Positions 12,191-25,200 of a DNA stretch of 64,000 nucleotides are shown here, piece by piece; position 1 is the stretch's first letter; each line of letters begins with the position of its first letter. The position numbers were made by a program, and so were the translations under genes. The stretch is from Chlorokybus atmophyticus (taxonomy: Eukaryota; Plantae; Mesostigma and Chlorokybus algae). Below the pieces are notes generated by a model. That model saw only the letters and a program-made list of their open reading frames with translations. It was not told the DNA's origin and did no database searches. The stretch is taken from positions 578,099 through 642,098 of the forward strand of contig RHPI01001715.1 of the NCBI GenBank assembly GCA_009103225.1. Direction: 5' to 3'.

Positions 12191-12329
12191 TCGCCCCGCC
12201 CTTCCTCCTTCCCTGCCACTAACTGACGTGCGTCACTGTCTGACTCTCTCCCACACCTGTGGATGTGTGAGTGTTAAGAAAGAAGAAGTAGAGTAGAGCA
12301 GAAAGAAAGCAGCCGTACACACCACACGT

Positions 12330-12730
12330 GCTACGCGCTTTTCCCCCCCCGGCAATATCTGCGCTGCACCATAATAGGCTCAGGCCGTTCATCCGGCAGG
12401 CAATGTACGGAGCGGGGCCAAATGCTGGCAGATGGCCGGAATATCAATGGCATATTCAAGTCTCTGGTGCGTGCGGTGTTGGGCTGCGCCAGAGTCACAT
12501 GAAGGTAATACATGAGGTACAGATATTGATACACCATGCATCAGACTGGTCGGACTCGAGTTTGCTTCACTTGCGACCCTGGAAGATACAAGATGTCATA
12601 GACAACGTTCATGGAGCTCATGTCAGTATTCAATAAGTTGACGCTGTTAGTTCGGTCAGCAGGCCTGAGCACGACGGTCCTGCTTGGGCAAGTCGCTGAT
12701 GCATTCTGAAAAAGGCAATGCATCAGCTTG
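12330..12730 (+). pseudogene. Decayed ORF-like tract (block E1) divergent from B1, paralogous to 49408-49930
   Basis: Shares with revcomp 49530-49930: CGGCAGGCA(A/G)T(G/A)T..GAGCGGG.CCA, AAGTC.CTGGTGCGTGCG and CTTGGGCAAGTCG.TG.TGC; multiple stops. Confidence 0.45.
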
Positions 12731-14616
12731 CAGTGGATTGCAATGGTAGAATCATAACGGAATTGTGAGGTACGGACCTAGTGACTACCTGCAGGCGGAC
12801 ACCTACACTGTAACTCGCATGGTTCGCAATTCGAACAGGGAGTAAGTTTTTGGCCAAGCTGAGATGTTGAGTGAAGGCACCCCAGATTGCCTATCTTTCA
12901 CCCATTATCACTGAGCGAAGTGCTTCTTATCACACCACACATCTCACTATACACCATAGTGGTCTCGCTATACATACACAGCTGACAATCTATGCAAGCC
13001 TTATAGTGGCATCGCCTCCATGGTCGAAGGGTCCCCCCTCTCGAGGGGCCCCGCTCAGATAATTAGCACGCGGCTTCACATGTATTGCACTGTGCAATGT
13101 GAAAGTTCTTCATACGGGCACTTGAGTGGTTTATACGGCCCGCAGTCAAGATGTTAACATTGCCAAAAGGGTTGTTGCTACACATCTGGTAAAACTTAAA
13201 GACTTTTAAACCTTCTATTATATTTCCCTTTGAGTACAATGCAGTGCAAAAAACGCGTTGCAAGGTATGCATGGAATCACCCTACCCAACTTATAAGTGA
13301 TATGTGTCCCATGCATCAAACTCGTCATACGATATAACCCATACTATTTCAACTTTAACTCAACGCACAACATGTACGACTAATATTGCATCAACCATCA
13401 TGCAATGGAGCTAGTCACCACCATTGCACCACCATGACGATAATGGGCTGATTGCAAGAATTGGCCAATGTTGTTACATGTGAGCAATTGGTGTATTGTG
13501 TAAAACATTGCAAATCTCGCAAACTTATGACAAGCAGTGCCACCCATCACCTATCCATGTTTTTGGGTAAAGTTTGCTTGAGTTTTGACAACCATGTCTC
13601 ATGCATGACGGAAACGTATTAGAAATGTTGCGCAATGAGGGTGAGACAAAGAACACCTATAACATGCTACACCACACATTTACGCAACTCCTACAAGAGG
13701 GATTGGCCTGCTTAGTAAGTGGAGTCCTTATGCATCTCTACAACATACCAGTGCTGCCACCAGCCACGACACACTGGTCATATCAAACTAGTGCGTGTTA
13801 TTGCCTAGCATGCCCAGCTGATGTAATTGCGCAGATGCATTTCACCCAAGAAGCTTCATACCCTGCGTGACGGGGCTAAAGCTCACTCAGCAACCTGCTG
13901 CACAATTGCAACAGCAACATTGCCAATAAACTATGCTACATGCTGTACAGGATGCTACACTTCAGCGGGCATGCAAATGTCGCTTATTGATAACTCCACA
14001 GTTACTTCAAACAAATCAGGTACAACACGGACTTAGAGCATTGCCATATGGCAGAGCGGGCAGACGCGTGGCTGCACAAACGGGCGCATTATGACTCCAC
14101 CTCTCTTGCAATGATCTTGCAACCACCCCTTCCTTAGCTCAGTTTCAGCCACTGAGGTGCATCGTCTTGGTCACGCATCGCCTACAAGCGCAATCTTCTT
14201 GCCATGCAGTCTGCAACCCCTTGGAGTTTTTCTCCTGTCTGTCCAAGTCTGTCAGCAAAAGCCTGTGCTGGTATTATTGCGGCAGTGAATGTCCTTGCAG
14301 ACTGAGACAAATGTTGAGAGGGACTGGGACATGCAGCCTTGATGGTAGGCAGCACATCAAGCTGCTTGGTGCAGCTTGCTGTATACAATGCAGCCCCCGA
14401 GTCTGCATGCCAGTGCAGTGTCGCGGCTGATATGGAAGTGGCAGTGTCAACATATTGTTTTTGAAAGATTCTAGTACACGCGCGCCACACGCTTCGTCAG
14501 CTAGAAGGAGAATAACCTGCCGATGAAGTCGCTCAGGTGACAACATGAATAAGAGCTACATGTCAATGTTCCGCAGTGTCAAGGACAACAACCTGTACCT
14601 TATGAGCACTTGTCTC

Positions 14617-15401
14617 TCACTCAACGTTGTTAAAGTCCAGCTTGCGCACCGCACCCGCAGCGGCGGCAAGGTCCAGTGTTGGCCTTTCTGCAGGTTTCTT
14701 TGGCGCGCTCGGGGCTGATGGTGAGAAGGATGCAACGTGCAGGCTCGCGCGGGGCGTCTTGTAGCCATAGCTCGCATCGTCATATCTGCATGAGAAAGTG
14801 AGATGAAGCCATAGTCACCATGCGAGTTACTTAACTTGAAAGTCACAGTTACCTGACTGCTACAATGTGCAATGCTCAGCATGCGCATACTGCAGGGCAG
14901 CAGCGTTGCAAGAAAAAATGCATGGCTTTGCTTCTGTACATGTGACCGTTTCGCGCATACGACATCACCACATTGTTGGGTAAAGTCATGTCATATCCTT
15001 TGTGCAAGAGAGACCGCTGCTAACGTCAGCCAACAAAGTTCATTGACTGCCATTGCAAGGCAAGCGGAGGTATCAAAGCCCTAAGTCCTAAAATAAAATT
15101 GCTTCTGCTGCACACAACAAGCCTCATGCAATACTCACTGCGGGGGAGTGCAGCTAAAGTCTTCCCCTCCGCTAGAGTTTAAAGCAGCGTCCTCCTCCTC
15201 CTCCTCCTCCTCCTCCTCAGGGGTCAGAGGCTGCCCAGCAGGCGGATCCGTCCTCTCAGGAAAGACGACGACAGCGCCCCGCCCGGGCCCTTGCGCCGGA
15301 GGCGGTGCAGAAGCAAGAGGTGCACCAAGATGAGACCTACACCGCAGCCCACCTCCCCCCGGTCCTCCTCCTCTCACAGCCGCCCCTCCGGCCTCACCCA
15401 T
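14617..15401 (-). CDS. Small two-exon protein with TP, PSAPKKP and RKLDF motifs; putative SIAMESE-related/CDK-inhibitor-like
   Basis: Exon 15401-15139 ends CCG CA|GTGAGT and exon 14785-14617 starts TGCAG|A TAT GAC; they splice in frame to ...EDFSCTPPQYDDASYGYKTPRASLHVASFSPSAPSAPKKPAERPTLDLAAAAGAVRKLDFNNVE*. The gene model is well supported; the function is inference. Confidence 0.6.
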
Positions 15402-15831
15402 GTGAGAGAACCCCCAGCTACCCTCTACTCCTGCTGCAGCTGGGGCACACGCCCATCGCCGTCGTCATGTTGAAGACGCTCCTCTGTAGCACCCTCTCCT
15501 CCAGCGACGCCCACCACCCCCGATGCCCCCGACAGCCACGCCGCCGCCGCCGCCGCCGCCCCACCACAGCCACCCGCCACATACCCTTTATAGGACTAAC
15601 TTCCAAGCAGATATTTCCGGCTCTCTTCCTTCCAGTGTGACAAACTTCCCTGCGACCTATTTGGAAGAGCGTTTGTTGATTCCTCCATCTTCCGCATTGC
15701 CTTCCGTGCTTGGCGGCTTTGTTGGTGGCGTCGCTGAGTGGCTTGTCGGCGGAGGCGGAGGCGGCGGCAGGAGTGAGGAAGGAGGGAGAGAGGGACAGAG
15801 GAGAGTCAGGTTGGGTAGAAAGTTGTTGCAC

Positions 15832-17779
15832 ATGGCGTACGCCAACGCGCTGGGGCGCGCGCAGGAGGAGCTGGAGCGGCGGTTTGGCGCTAGACCTGGA
15901 CACGGCCCAATTGTTGCGGCGGCCGCCCCTGGCCGTGTTAACCTCATCGGCGAGCACACCGATTACAACGATGGGTATGATGATGACAAGTAGGACCAAC
16001 TAGAAGTAAACACTTGTTACTAGAAACGGCGTTTCAATGCTGTTTCAGCTTAGTATGGATATCGTACTCACTTTGCATGCCTGCGGCTGGTTTGTACAGC
16101 TGTCTACCAGTTGCATGCATTGCAGCTTGCGCACAGCTTGATGATGTACTCTGAAATTTTTGAACATTGATTACTCTCAGCTGTTGTACAAGTAAAAGCA
16201 TGCAGCCTTGCATGTTGCATGCAAGCAAGCGGAGTGGTCTGGTGCTGTCAGGTGGGTGCTGCCCTTAGCCTTGGAGAAGTACACTGTGGTTGTGGGCCGT
16301 GCTCGGAGCGACCCGAGCAACGTTGAATGCGAGGTGCATAGCGTTGATCTGGACCAGACTGCCACTTTCCGAGCCGACAAGACACTCGCACCGGGGGAGC
16401 CTTCGTGGTGCGACTACATAAAGGTGCTGCTGAAGGAAGGAGACATGTATGCTGTGCAGTTTGGCTTGTTTGATTGAGGTTGAATACTGTTCATTGCAAA
16501 ATGTAGTCAGTCGCTGTTGTGCTGTGCAGGGTGTTGTTGCGCAGTTCATCAAGGACGGCCGCAGCGTGCCGGGCTTCTGCGCGGTGATAGCTTCGGACGT
16601 TCCAATGGGAGGAGGCTTGTCGTCATCAGCTTCTGTTGAGGTTGCCACATCCACCTTTTTGGAACAGCTTCCAAACGTGGGCCCCGTTGACAACCGGACA
16701 AAAGCACTCTGGTGTCAGGTGTGACAGCCGACACAGTAATCAATGACTGCAGCTAACAGTCATACATGCTTTTAAGCCACTTGCGGGTTAAACAATGTTG
16801 TGGAATGTGTTTCGAGCAGACCGCCGAGCACGAGTTTCCACGAGTACCGTGTGGCATCATGGACCAGTTCATCTCGGTTATGGGGCAGCATGGTCACGCG
16901 TTGTTGATCGACTGCAGGACGCTGGAGACGCGATTGGTACGTGCGCGTGCGTGTGTGCGTGCTCCGATCACTTGGTCGTTCTACTTATCACCGGCTGCAT
17001 GACATTGACTGAAGGGCTTGTCTCATGCACGCGTGCAGGTGCGCATGAACGATCCTGGCATAGCCCTTGTGGTTGCCAATACAGGAGTTAAGCATTCGCT
17101 TGCTGGCGGCGAATATGCTAAGCGACGGAAACAGTGCGAGACAGCTGTGCATGCTATCAAAGTACATCTGCATTGCCCATTGCTCAAAACTGCGCATTGT
17201 GTACATTGCGTACAGTCCAATGACACATTCTGTGTTGTCATTTGCAGAACAAACATCCCGAGATTCAGGCGCTTAGAGATTGTACAATGCAAATGCTTGA
17301 AGAGGCAGCTCCCAGCTTGGAAGAAGTTGTGGTTAGACGAGCGCGACACGTCATTGAGGAAGACCAGCGCACATTGCAATGTGTTGAAGCTCTGAATCAG
17401 GCAAGGGACGTTGTGTGTTGGTGTTTAAAAAGAAGTGTGCGTGTGGGCACGCAACTGACTGTATGCAACTCACACACAGGGTGACTATGTGATGGCGGGC
17501 CAGCTGATGGTGCAATCACATGAGAGTCTACGCGTGAACTACGAGGTAAGCTGTTCGGAGCTGGACACGATGGTGGACATTGTGAAGCAAGTGGAGGGCG
17601 TGTTCGGCACGCGCATGACGGGCGGGGGATTCGGCGGATGCACCATCACGCTGTGCGCGCAAAGCGCAGTCAGCCGCGTGGTCAAGGCTGTTGAGAACGA
17701 CTACCACGCGCGCACGGGGTGTCAACCCCTCTGCTTCGTCACGCGGCCCGGTGACGGCGCCATCAGACTGCCTTTGTAG
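15832..17779 (+). CDS. GALK: Galactokinase (GHMP kinase), 7 exons
   Basis: [15 protein letters not shown] signature, [14 protein letters not shown] loop, [16 protein letters not shown] and [12 protein letters not shown] motifs in GT-AG exons. Confidence 0.97.
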
Positions 17780-18419
17780 TGTTGGTTGCGTTCATGTACC
17801 ACATCCCTGTTGTAGTTGTAGCCCCATGTTTTGGCCAACTGCAGCCTTACAGTAATCAGACAAGAGCATTTGTCTCGGGCTGCAGTGCAGTGCCAGCTCA
17901 GCTGCTGTGCTGAGCTGGGCTGAAGTCCCCTCTGCGGTTTTGACTAGCACACAGCCAACTAGACAGTGTTCATAGAAACCGCGGCCGCAGGTATGCGCTA
18001 GCAAAAGTTTGTGTTGTAGTAAGATGCCCAAATATGTGTACGGGAAGTGCTTGCTGACATATGACGACCATGTGCCACATGCTTGCTGACCTTTGAAAGG
18101 TACTTGACTTTACTGGCAAGCAAGGACACTGGGGAGCAAGTTGCATGACCATATGTGAGATACTCTGCGGACTACAAAGCTTGGTTGAGCGCCTTGTTTC
18201 AAACACAAACTCTTGAGGAGTCGTCTTTGTTACCAGCTGTCTGCATAGAAATAGGAGCCTTATTTGCTACACTGCACGCAACCAGTGATCTTAGGCGCAC
18301 ACGCATGCAGGTGCATTCAATCTACATCTATCTTCAATCTGCAACAGTAAGTAAGTAAGCTTCAACACTGTACATTGTTTGTACTTTGCCCCAGGCATGG
18401 TACGCGTGCGGCCACCTCT

Positions 18420-18923
18420 TTACTTGTACTTGTCCATGATGCGTCTGGCCTCCTCCAAAGCTTCGCGTTCTTCGGCAGGAGTCTTACCACCAAAACTGGA
18501 GTTAGAACCTCCAAACCCAGGCCCGAAGTTCTGATAAGCAAAGTAACCAAGTCCCCCGAGGACAGTGAGCGTGATGATGCTCTGGACGACACTCTGTAGG
18601 ATGGACCACACAATGCTCACGCCAACCAACGCCACGCCCGCCTTCGCTACAGGACGCGGGACGGCCTCGGGAACGAGGTTTGTGGCAAAGTCCACGCCGG
18701 TCTTGCCAAGACGCAACGCCGTCTGGACAGCTTCGCCACCTAAACCGTTGACAATGCTGCTGCCAATGCTGTTGTTAGTGTCGCTGTCCTTCTCAGCGCG
18801 CACGGTGAAGGAGGCAGCTCGCTGAACTCGGCGGCTTGGGAATGATGATGAAAGAGCCCTTTGCCTCGCGCATGGGCTCTGCACCCTAAGCTTCAACGCT
18901 GGCCTGCTGCTTGGTGATGACGA
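18420..18923 (-). CDS. Conserved green-lineage plastid membrane protein (last exon; the start probably lies upstream)
   Basis: Ser/Arg-rich transit-like N-terminus ending VRA, two hydrophobic helices (VPRPVAKAGVALVG...), C-terminus LEEARRIMDKYK; TTTTTTCAG acceptor at ~18925. Confidence 0.8.
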   Translation of the reverse strand, partial: SSSPSSRPALKLRVQSPCARQRALSSSFPSRRVQRAASFTVRAEKDSDTNNSIGSSIVNGLGGEAVQTALRLGKTGVDFATNLVPEAVPRPVAKAGVALVGVSIVWSILQSVVQSIITLTVLGGLGYFAYQNFGPGFGGSNSSFGGKTPAEEREALEEARRIMDKYK

Positions 18924-19231
18924 TGCCTGAAAAAACATGCATGGTAGTTGATGTGTGGGTGCATGCTGATTGGGTCGGTGCTGTGGAGGGCATATCTAGA
19001 ACAAGCGTCGTTCAAGTGATACCATCAAATCTGCTGTGCACTCTGCAAGGTATGCGACAGAAGCTACACCAGAACTAAATGGTGCGTGATGCATGCGTCT
19101 GGTTGGAGTATGCATTGAGTGAGGATCAGACGAGATTGTCTACACGTGTTTGGAGCCAGCCAAGCTAGCGTAAGGGAGGCTGAGGCCAATCTTTCAAGAA
19201 AGCAGGAAGCCCAAAAAACGGGAAAAACACT

Positions 19232-22200
19232 GTGCACACAGATGGATTGAGGTCAACAATCACGACCATACCTACAAAAGCATGCCAACACAGCGCACTT
19301 GCGCCGCATGGCCAAAACCCTAACCCCAGGCTCCTCGCATTCCACGCAGGCCAGGCACAAGACGTCATCATATCACAGCCGTTCAGCAAACTCACGCAAG
19401 GCGTCGTAGACGAGGAGGAGAAAGCGGCGCAACTCCTCACTCCAGCCGCCGCCCAAACCGGCAACGCCGCCGCCGCCGTCGCCGCCATGACGCCCCCCAC
19501 GCTTCCACTGCCAGCCATCTGGACGCCTACACCTGGCGTGTATGATACACGGTACGCGTATCGACGTTACGTATCGGTGTTACGAGAGATCGCGTATCAG
19601 AAACACGGCCATCACGTCACGTGACGGCTCAGCACTTTTAGGGCTGTGAATGTGTGCCTGTGTGGGCGTCACGCACACACACACGCACACAATAGTACTG
19701 TGTGTTGTACACAGACATCATGAAGTTTGATGGAGTTGAGGAGCAAGAGCGTTCAAAATGGTGTTTGCAAATCCTGATGATGCTGCACAACAAGAAGAGC
19801 ATTGCAGAGGATACACAATTCTGCTTTTGATGAGAAAGACAACAAGAAGCACGTGAACACACCAAACGACATTCCTCCAGTGTGATGATGATGCACTGAG
19901 CAAGGCAGAGACCTCGGTGTTTCCATCATGATCACGCCTGAGGAGGAACGCAGAAGCAGGTGGGAGTGGGGTTTGACATGGTAGTCTCAGACTGTGTGTG
20001 TGACTTGCTGTTGTTGTTGCCACACAGACTACGCACACCAGACTATGATACTGATTTCAACCCTCCTCCTCCTCCACACCATCATTGTCATTATCATCAC
20101 CGTCATTGTCATTATCACCGTGATGCTGATGTTACTACGCCACAACTAACATAGCATAGTTGTGACCATCGAATAGGCTCGAGGGGGCGGTCCCGTGCGC
20201 GGACGCCGCGCAGCACGAGCAGCGCATCGCCGCCCTCCTCGCACGCAGACGCGCACTGCTTCTAGACACTGGGGAGGTAGCACACGCACACACACGCGCA
20301 CACACACACACACACACACACATACACACACACACACAGGTTCTGGGTGTGTCGGATCCCTCTTCCTCCGTCGCCCACTGGCTGCAGCGTTTCCGTTCCG
20401 ACCGACACGCGAGCATACGAGCACTATGCGTCGCGCCGGACGCCAACGACGAGCAGGAGGAGGAGGAGGAGGAGGGGGGAGGAGGAGGAGAACTAGAGTT
20501 GGGGTTGGGTGGGGTGAGTCGGATGTGTGTGTGTGTGTGTGTGCGCGCGCGCGCGCGCGCGTGCGGGCGCGCTTGCGTGGGGGTGGGGAGTGTCTGAGAG
20601 TGTGACTGCCTCGTAGGTCGAAGACGAGTGTGGTACGCAGAACGAGAAGCTTAGAACAGAGTTGGCAGCATTTTACGAACGTCGGATACGCGAATGCGCA
20701 ACAGCACGCGTGAAGTGTGTCCACCTCCTCGCTTCCACACGTATGTTTGGATTTGTTTTTACAAATCACTCAAATGTATACATGCTGATGCCAACACGTC
20801 TCTCTGTGTAGCCACAACGGAAGCACAGCGCACACGCGAGCTGGAGTCTCACCTCGCCCACATCGACACCCACGCCGCCCATGCCGCCGCGCGCATAACC
20901 CACTACACACCCTCTTCATCCTCATCCTCTCAAACGACCCAACACAAGCACACGCACACGCACACACCCTTCGCTCATGCGCTCGCGGCGCGTTGCCCGT
21001 CCTACAAGGCGTTGTTCGCTCCACCGAGAGAGTTGGACGCCAACAACAAGTGTGGCAATGTTGGTGATGTTGGTGTGGTTGAGGAGGAGGATGTGCGGGC
21101 GTGCATGCGAGACTTTATCGCGCGGGACGTGTGTACACGCGGTGTGGAGAGACTCGTACGAAAGATAGCGTGGCTACCGTACACGCCTCGCGTGAGACAA
21201 GTACGTGTTGTGTGGGTGTGGGTGTGGGTGTGAGTGTGGGTTATTTTACCTTCTGCGTACAACGTGTACAAAATGATACCGTGTATGTTGTAGAGTGTGA
21301 AGAAGGACAAAGTTGAAGTGAGTGTTGGTGTTGGTGTGCCCACCACAATGGACACGCTTCAGCGTCTGGACGTCGAGCTCGCGCGTCTCGGGGCTGTGTT
21401 GGGTGTTAACAAGGACCCGGCAACGCAGCCGACGGAGTTTTGCTACCAGGCCAGAGCCGTCTTTGCACAGTAAGAAAGAGAGCGCGAGGAAGGAGTTTGT
21501 GTGTCTGTGTGTGCGCGCCTGCGTGCGCGGGTAGGCGAGAGTGCCTACGTGTGCGCATGTGCGCGTGTGTAACTGCAGCATGTGTATGTGTGGGTGCACG
21601 TGCCCGCCGATGCGTGTGCGCGTGGGTGCATCGCGCACATGCATCCACACACATACGTGCGCATGTTTCTTTGTGCATGCAAATGTGGTAAGGGATGTCA
21701 ATCCGTATGCATTGGTTTATCAGAAAGTACGCCGAGCAAGGGCGGCAAAAGCCACGGGATGCGTACGTCGACTCAGACAACACCCACATCCCTGTTGACG
21801 TCGCTGAGGGTGTCACACACATCCTCAAGCCGGACGAGCAGGTGGGGAAGCTATTGGGTCTAACTGGACAGGACAACCATCACCACAACAACAATAACAA
21901 GAAGAAGGACAATGTGCTTGAGGATCACATCCTCGCGGTCGAGATGGCGTTCCTTGACGTGGAAGACGCGGACGCCTGCCGTCGACGCACCAAGGCACAG
22001 GTGAGGTTGTGGGTGTGGGTGGGTGGGTGGCGCATGTTGTGCTTGGTGGACATGGGGGTTTTGATTGGAAAAACGTATGTGCAACGCAGGCAGACGCGTA
22101 CTTGGAGAAGGCCAGCGTTGTCAGAATACCTCAGCAACAAACGTACGCACGCTTGTCTGTAAGCACACACTCACTCGCGCACACATGCACACATGTACGC

Positions 22201-25200
22201 AACCTCTTTGCCTCCCACAACGCAGTAAGTTCGTCCAAACCGCCCACCTCGCCATGAACTCCAACCGCTTCAACCTCTTCTTCAACAAGCACCCCCCTCC
22301 TCCTCCTCCTCCATCTGCCCAACCTCCAACTAAAGCAGATACCCGCAGCGACGACAGCGAGGACGAGAGTGCCACCGAGTCGTCCGCCGAGTCCGTGCGC
22401 GCGATGAAGCTGGAGACGCTCTTCCTCCTGAGGTTGGTTGAGTGCAGGGATGCGAGGGCGAGGGTGGTGAGGGCGATCGATGCGGGAGTGGAACTGAGGT
22501 TGAGAGTCAGCAAGGAGGTGAGAGCGTCAGTGAGTGTGGGTGGAGGGGCGTGGGTGGGTGCGTGCGTGTGTGCGTGCGCATTTGAGATGAAAGTAAGGGG
22601 GCTGGGGTAGGGGTGGGGTGGGGGGTATGTATGTGTGATGATGGCGATGGTTGCAGGAGGTGGATGCAGGGAGATGCGAGGTGGATGAGACAACCGGAGC
22701 CACACGTGTGCGTAACAGGGATGGCGTGTGCACTGTGAGAAGGTGAGAGTACACGCATGCATGCACGCGTGCGCGCGCGCGTCACACTATGTCTACCTCA
22801 CTCCCTCCTCCACCCCATCTCTCCCTCCCTCTTGCCCTCCTTCCACCTCCCCCGCTCTCTCTAAGTCACACACACATATCACTCCCATGGCAGCGAATCC
22901 CTGACCCTCCTCGCCCGAACCGAGTCCGCCCTCCTCCACCGCCTCTCCCACATCCTCGCCCACACCAACAATCCCCACCCAAACCCAAACACCCACACCC
23001 ACACTACTCCCCCACCGGACCGTCAGGCCCTCCTCGAGTCGTTCTACAAGCTCGAGGCCACGCGGCTTGAAGCACGCTGGGCGCTGGCGAAGGGGTATGC
23101 CAATGTTGGAGATGACGAGGAGGTGGTGAAGGAGGTGGAGAGGGTGCTGGAGGGTGAGGAGAAGGAGGAGGTGGTGGAGGATGTGAATGTGCTGCGTCAA
23201 GAGTATGAGATGGACATCCGAGCCGTTCGTGCTGAGACGAACCTTGTTGAGAGTCTATTGACGCACCTGAAGCAGACTGAAACACTCCATCGACACCACT
23301 TTCACAATAACAACAACAACAGCAGCAGCAACAACAACATCTTCACTCCTGGTCTGCTGCTCCCCCTTATGACCGTTGGCGTCCACGACACGAGTATCAC
23401 CAACTCAGCATATGAGTGTGTTGAGCATTACACGACGCTCGGGACTGTCTTACGTGTCCCCGCGGCGTTGCGGGCCGCCACAACAGCAGCAGCAGTAACA
23501 GGCACGCGCAATGCTGGAAGGGTGAGGGCGGCGGTGAGGGAGATGGCGAGGGAGGAGTGGGAGAGGATGAGGAAGGGGATGACCAAGCCGCACCAAGTGG
23601 TAAGTGTGCGTGTGGGTGTGTGGGTGGGGTGTGTATGTGTGTGGTTGGGTTCGTACCTGGGTGCGTGTGCGCGTGCGCGAGTGTGTCTTACCGTTGATTG
23701 AACGCTGCTACAAACACACTGGTGCATTGCAGGTGCCAGGAGAGTTTGCGGAGGGGCTGCGGGGTTCGGGGGCGCCTGTCGGGGATAATGAGAGGGCGCT
23801 GGACCTAATGTTGGACAAGATGAAGAGGAACACTCCCAACAACAACAGCCAAAATAGCAGTAACGCCAGCGCCCGGGCTCGCATGCTGCTGCACGTTGCG
23901 CGGTTGCGTGGACGTCTGCTGCTTGCATTGGATGAAACCACTGCTGCGCACGCCGTATACAAGGCACAAGTGAGTCCTCTACGCACATGCGTGCGCGTGC
24001 TCGTGTTCGTGCATGTGCTTGGGGTGTAGGTTCCAACAACACTTGATATCATTCCAGGCGCAAGCGTTGGGTTGGCGCGTGGCTGCATACGACCCCTCCC
24101 AACCTCTCACTCACAACTTTCCACCACCATCCACCACCACCTCCTCCTCTTCATCGTCATCATCGTGCATGGTTCTGCCGGACAGAGAGACCTTTGGCCC
24201 CGCGGAAGACGTGGACCCCGACGACACCATTGCCAACAACCCCACACCTCAACCAGCCATCTCAGCCTTCCCAGGAGAGGCAAGAAAACAACATGATTAA
24301 CATGTGACAGCATATGACAACATTGTCATTTTCGACGATAACAACAACGTTGTACCAGGTGGGTGACTTGGACTTCTCCACCGAGGCGGGCGTGTTGAAG
24401 CTCCTGTCTACATCACCCGACCAGCACCAACATCCACATCAACACCAACCCCAACACCAACACCAACACCAACAGCAACAACATCAGCAACACCCTCTAG
24501 GCCTCGCGCTCAGGCTTCAGCTGACTCACCTCCACGCCCTTCGCGTGGCCGTGCGCCACAACGAGGTGTTGTTGCGTGTTGTCGAGCGCGCTGCCGAGCG
24601 GGCGCACAAGGTTGCTGCGGCCGAGCGGGAGAAGAAGCAGAGGGAGATGCTGTTGTTGGGTGTGAGGGTGAGTAAGAACAACAACAACAACAACAACAAC
24701 AATCACAACAACAACAACAATGAGAGGGAGGAGATGGGAGTTGACAGGGAGGAGCACAGACAGAGCTCGGTGCAAACCCATGCTAGATTGTTCCTGTCTG
24801 TTATGCGCATGCAGAGAGACGCGTATGCACACGCCAGCGGTAACAGCAGCAACAGCAACAACAACAACAACAACAACAACAACATCCACCACAAGCCGAA
24901 GGCTGAGGAGTACTGCTCAGCCCTAGCAGCTGAGCTGCACCCTTACGCACTGAAGGTTGGCAACTCTTGTTTCCAAACTTGCAAATGTCCATCATCTCCA
25001 ACCCAATATGCGGACCCAACATGTCAGGTTGGCATTGCGCGTGAGGGCGAGTGGCTTGTTGGCCTCGTCGTCGCCGCATGGGAAAGTGATCACGCCGGCG
25101 GGGAGCAAGGTGAGCAGGGCGACAGCAACAGCAACAGCAACATGTACAAGAAGGAGGACCCCGAGGCGTGGCGGGAGGCACGCTTGTGGGTTGGGTCAGG

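Noticed and set aside
13029-13052. GC hairpin CCCCTC-TC-GAGGGG as a Helitron terminus
   Set aside because: No CTRR at a suitable distance and no matching 5' end.
13060-14500. Copia-like integrase remnant
   Set aside because: Resemblance too faint; no LTRs or catalytic motifs recognisable.
17401-17479. GC-AG intron in galactokinase
   Set aside because: An in-frame GT donor 9 nt downstream is also possible; it cannot be resolved without cDNA.
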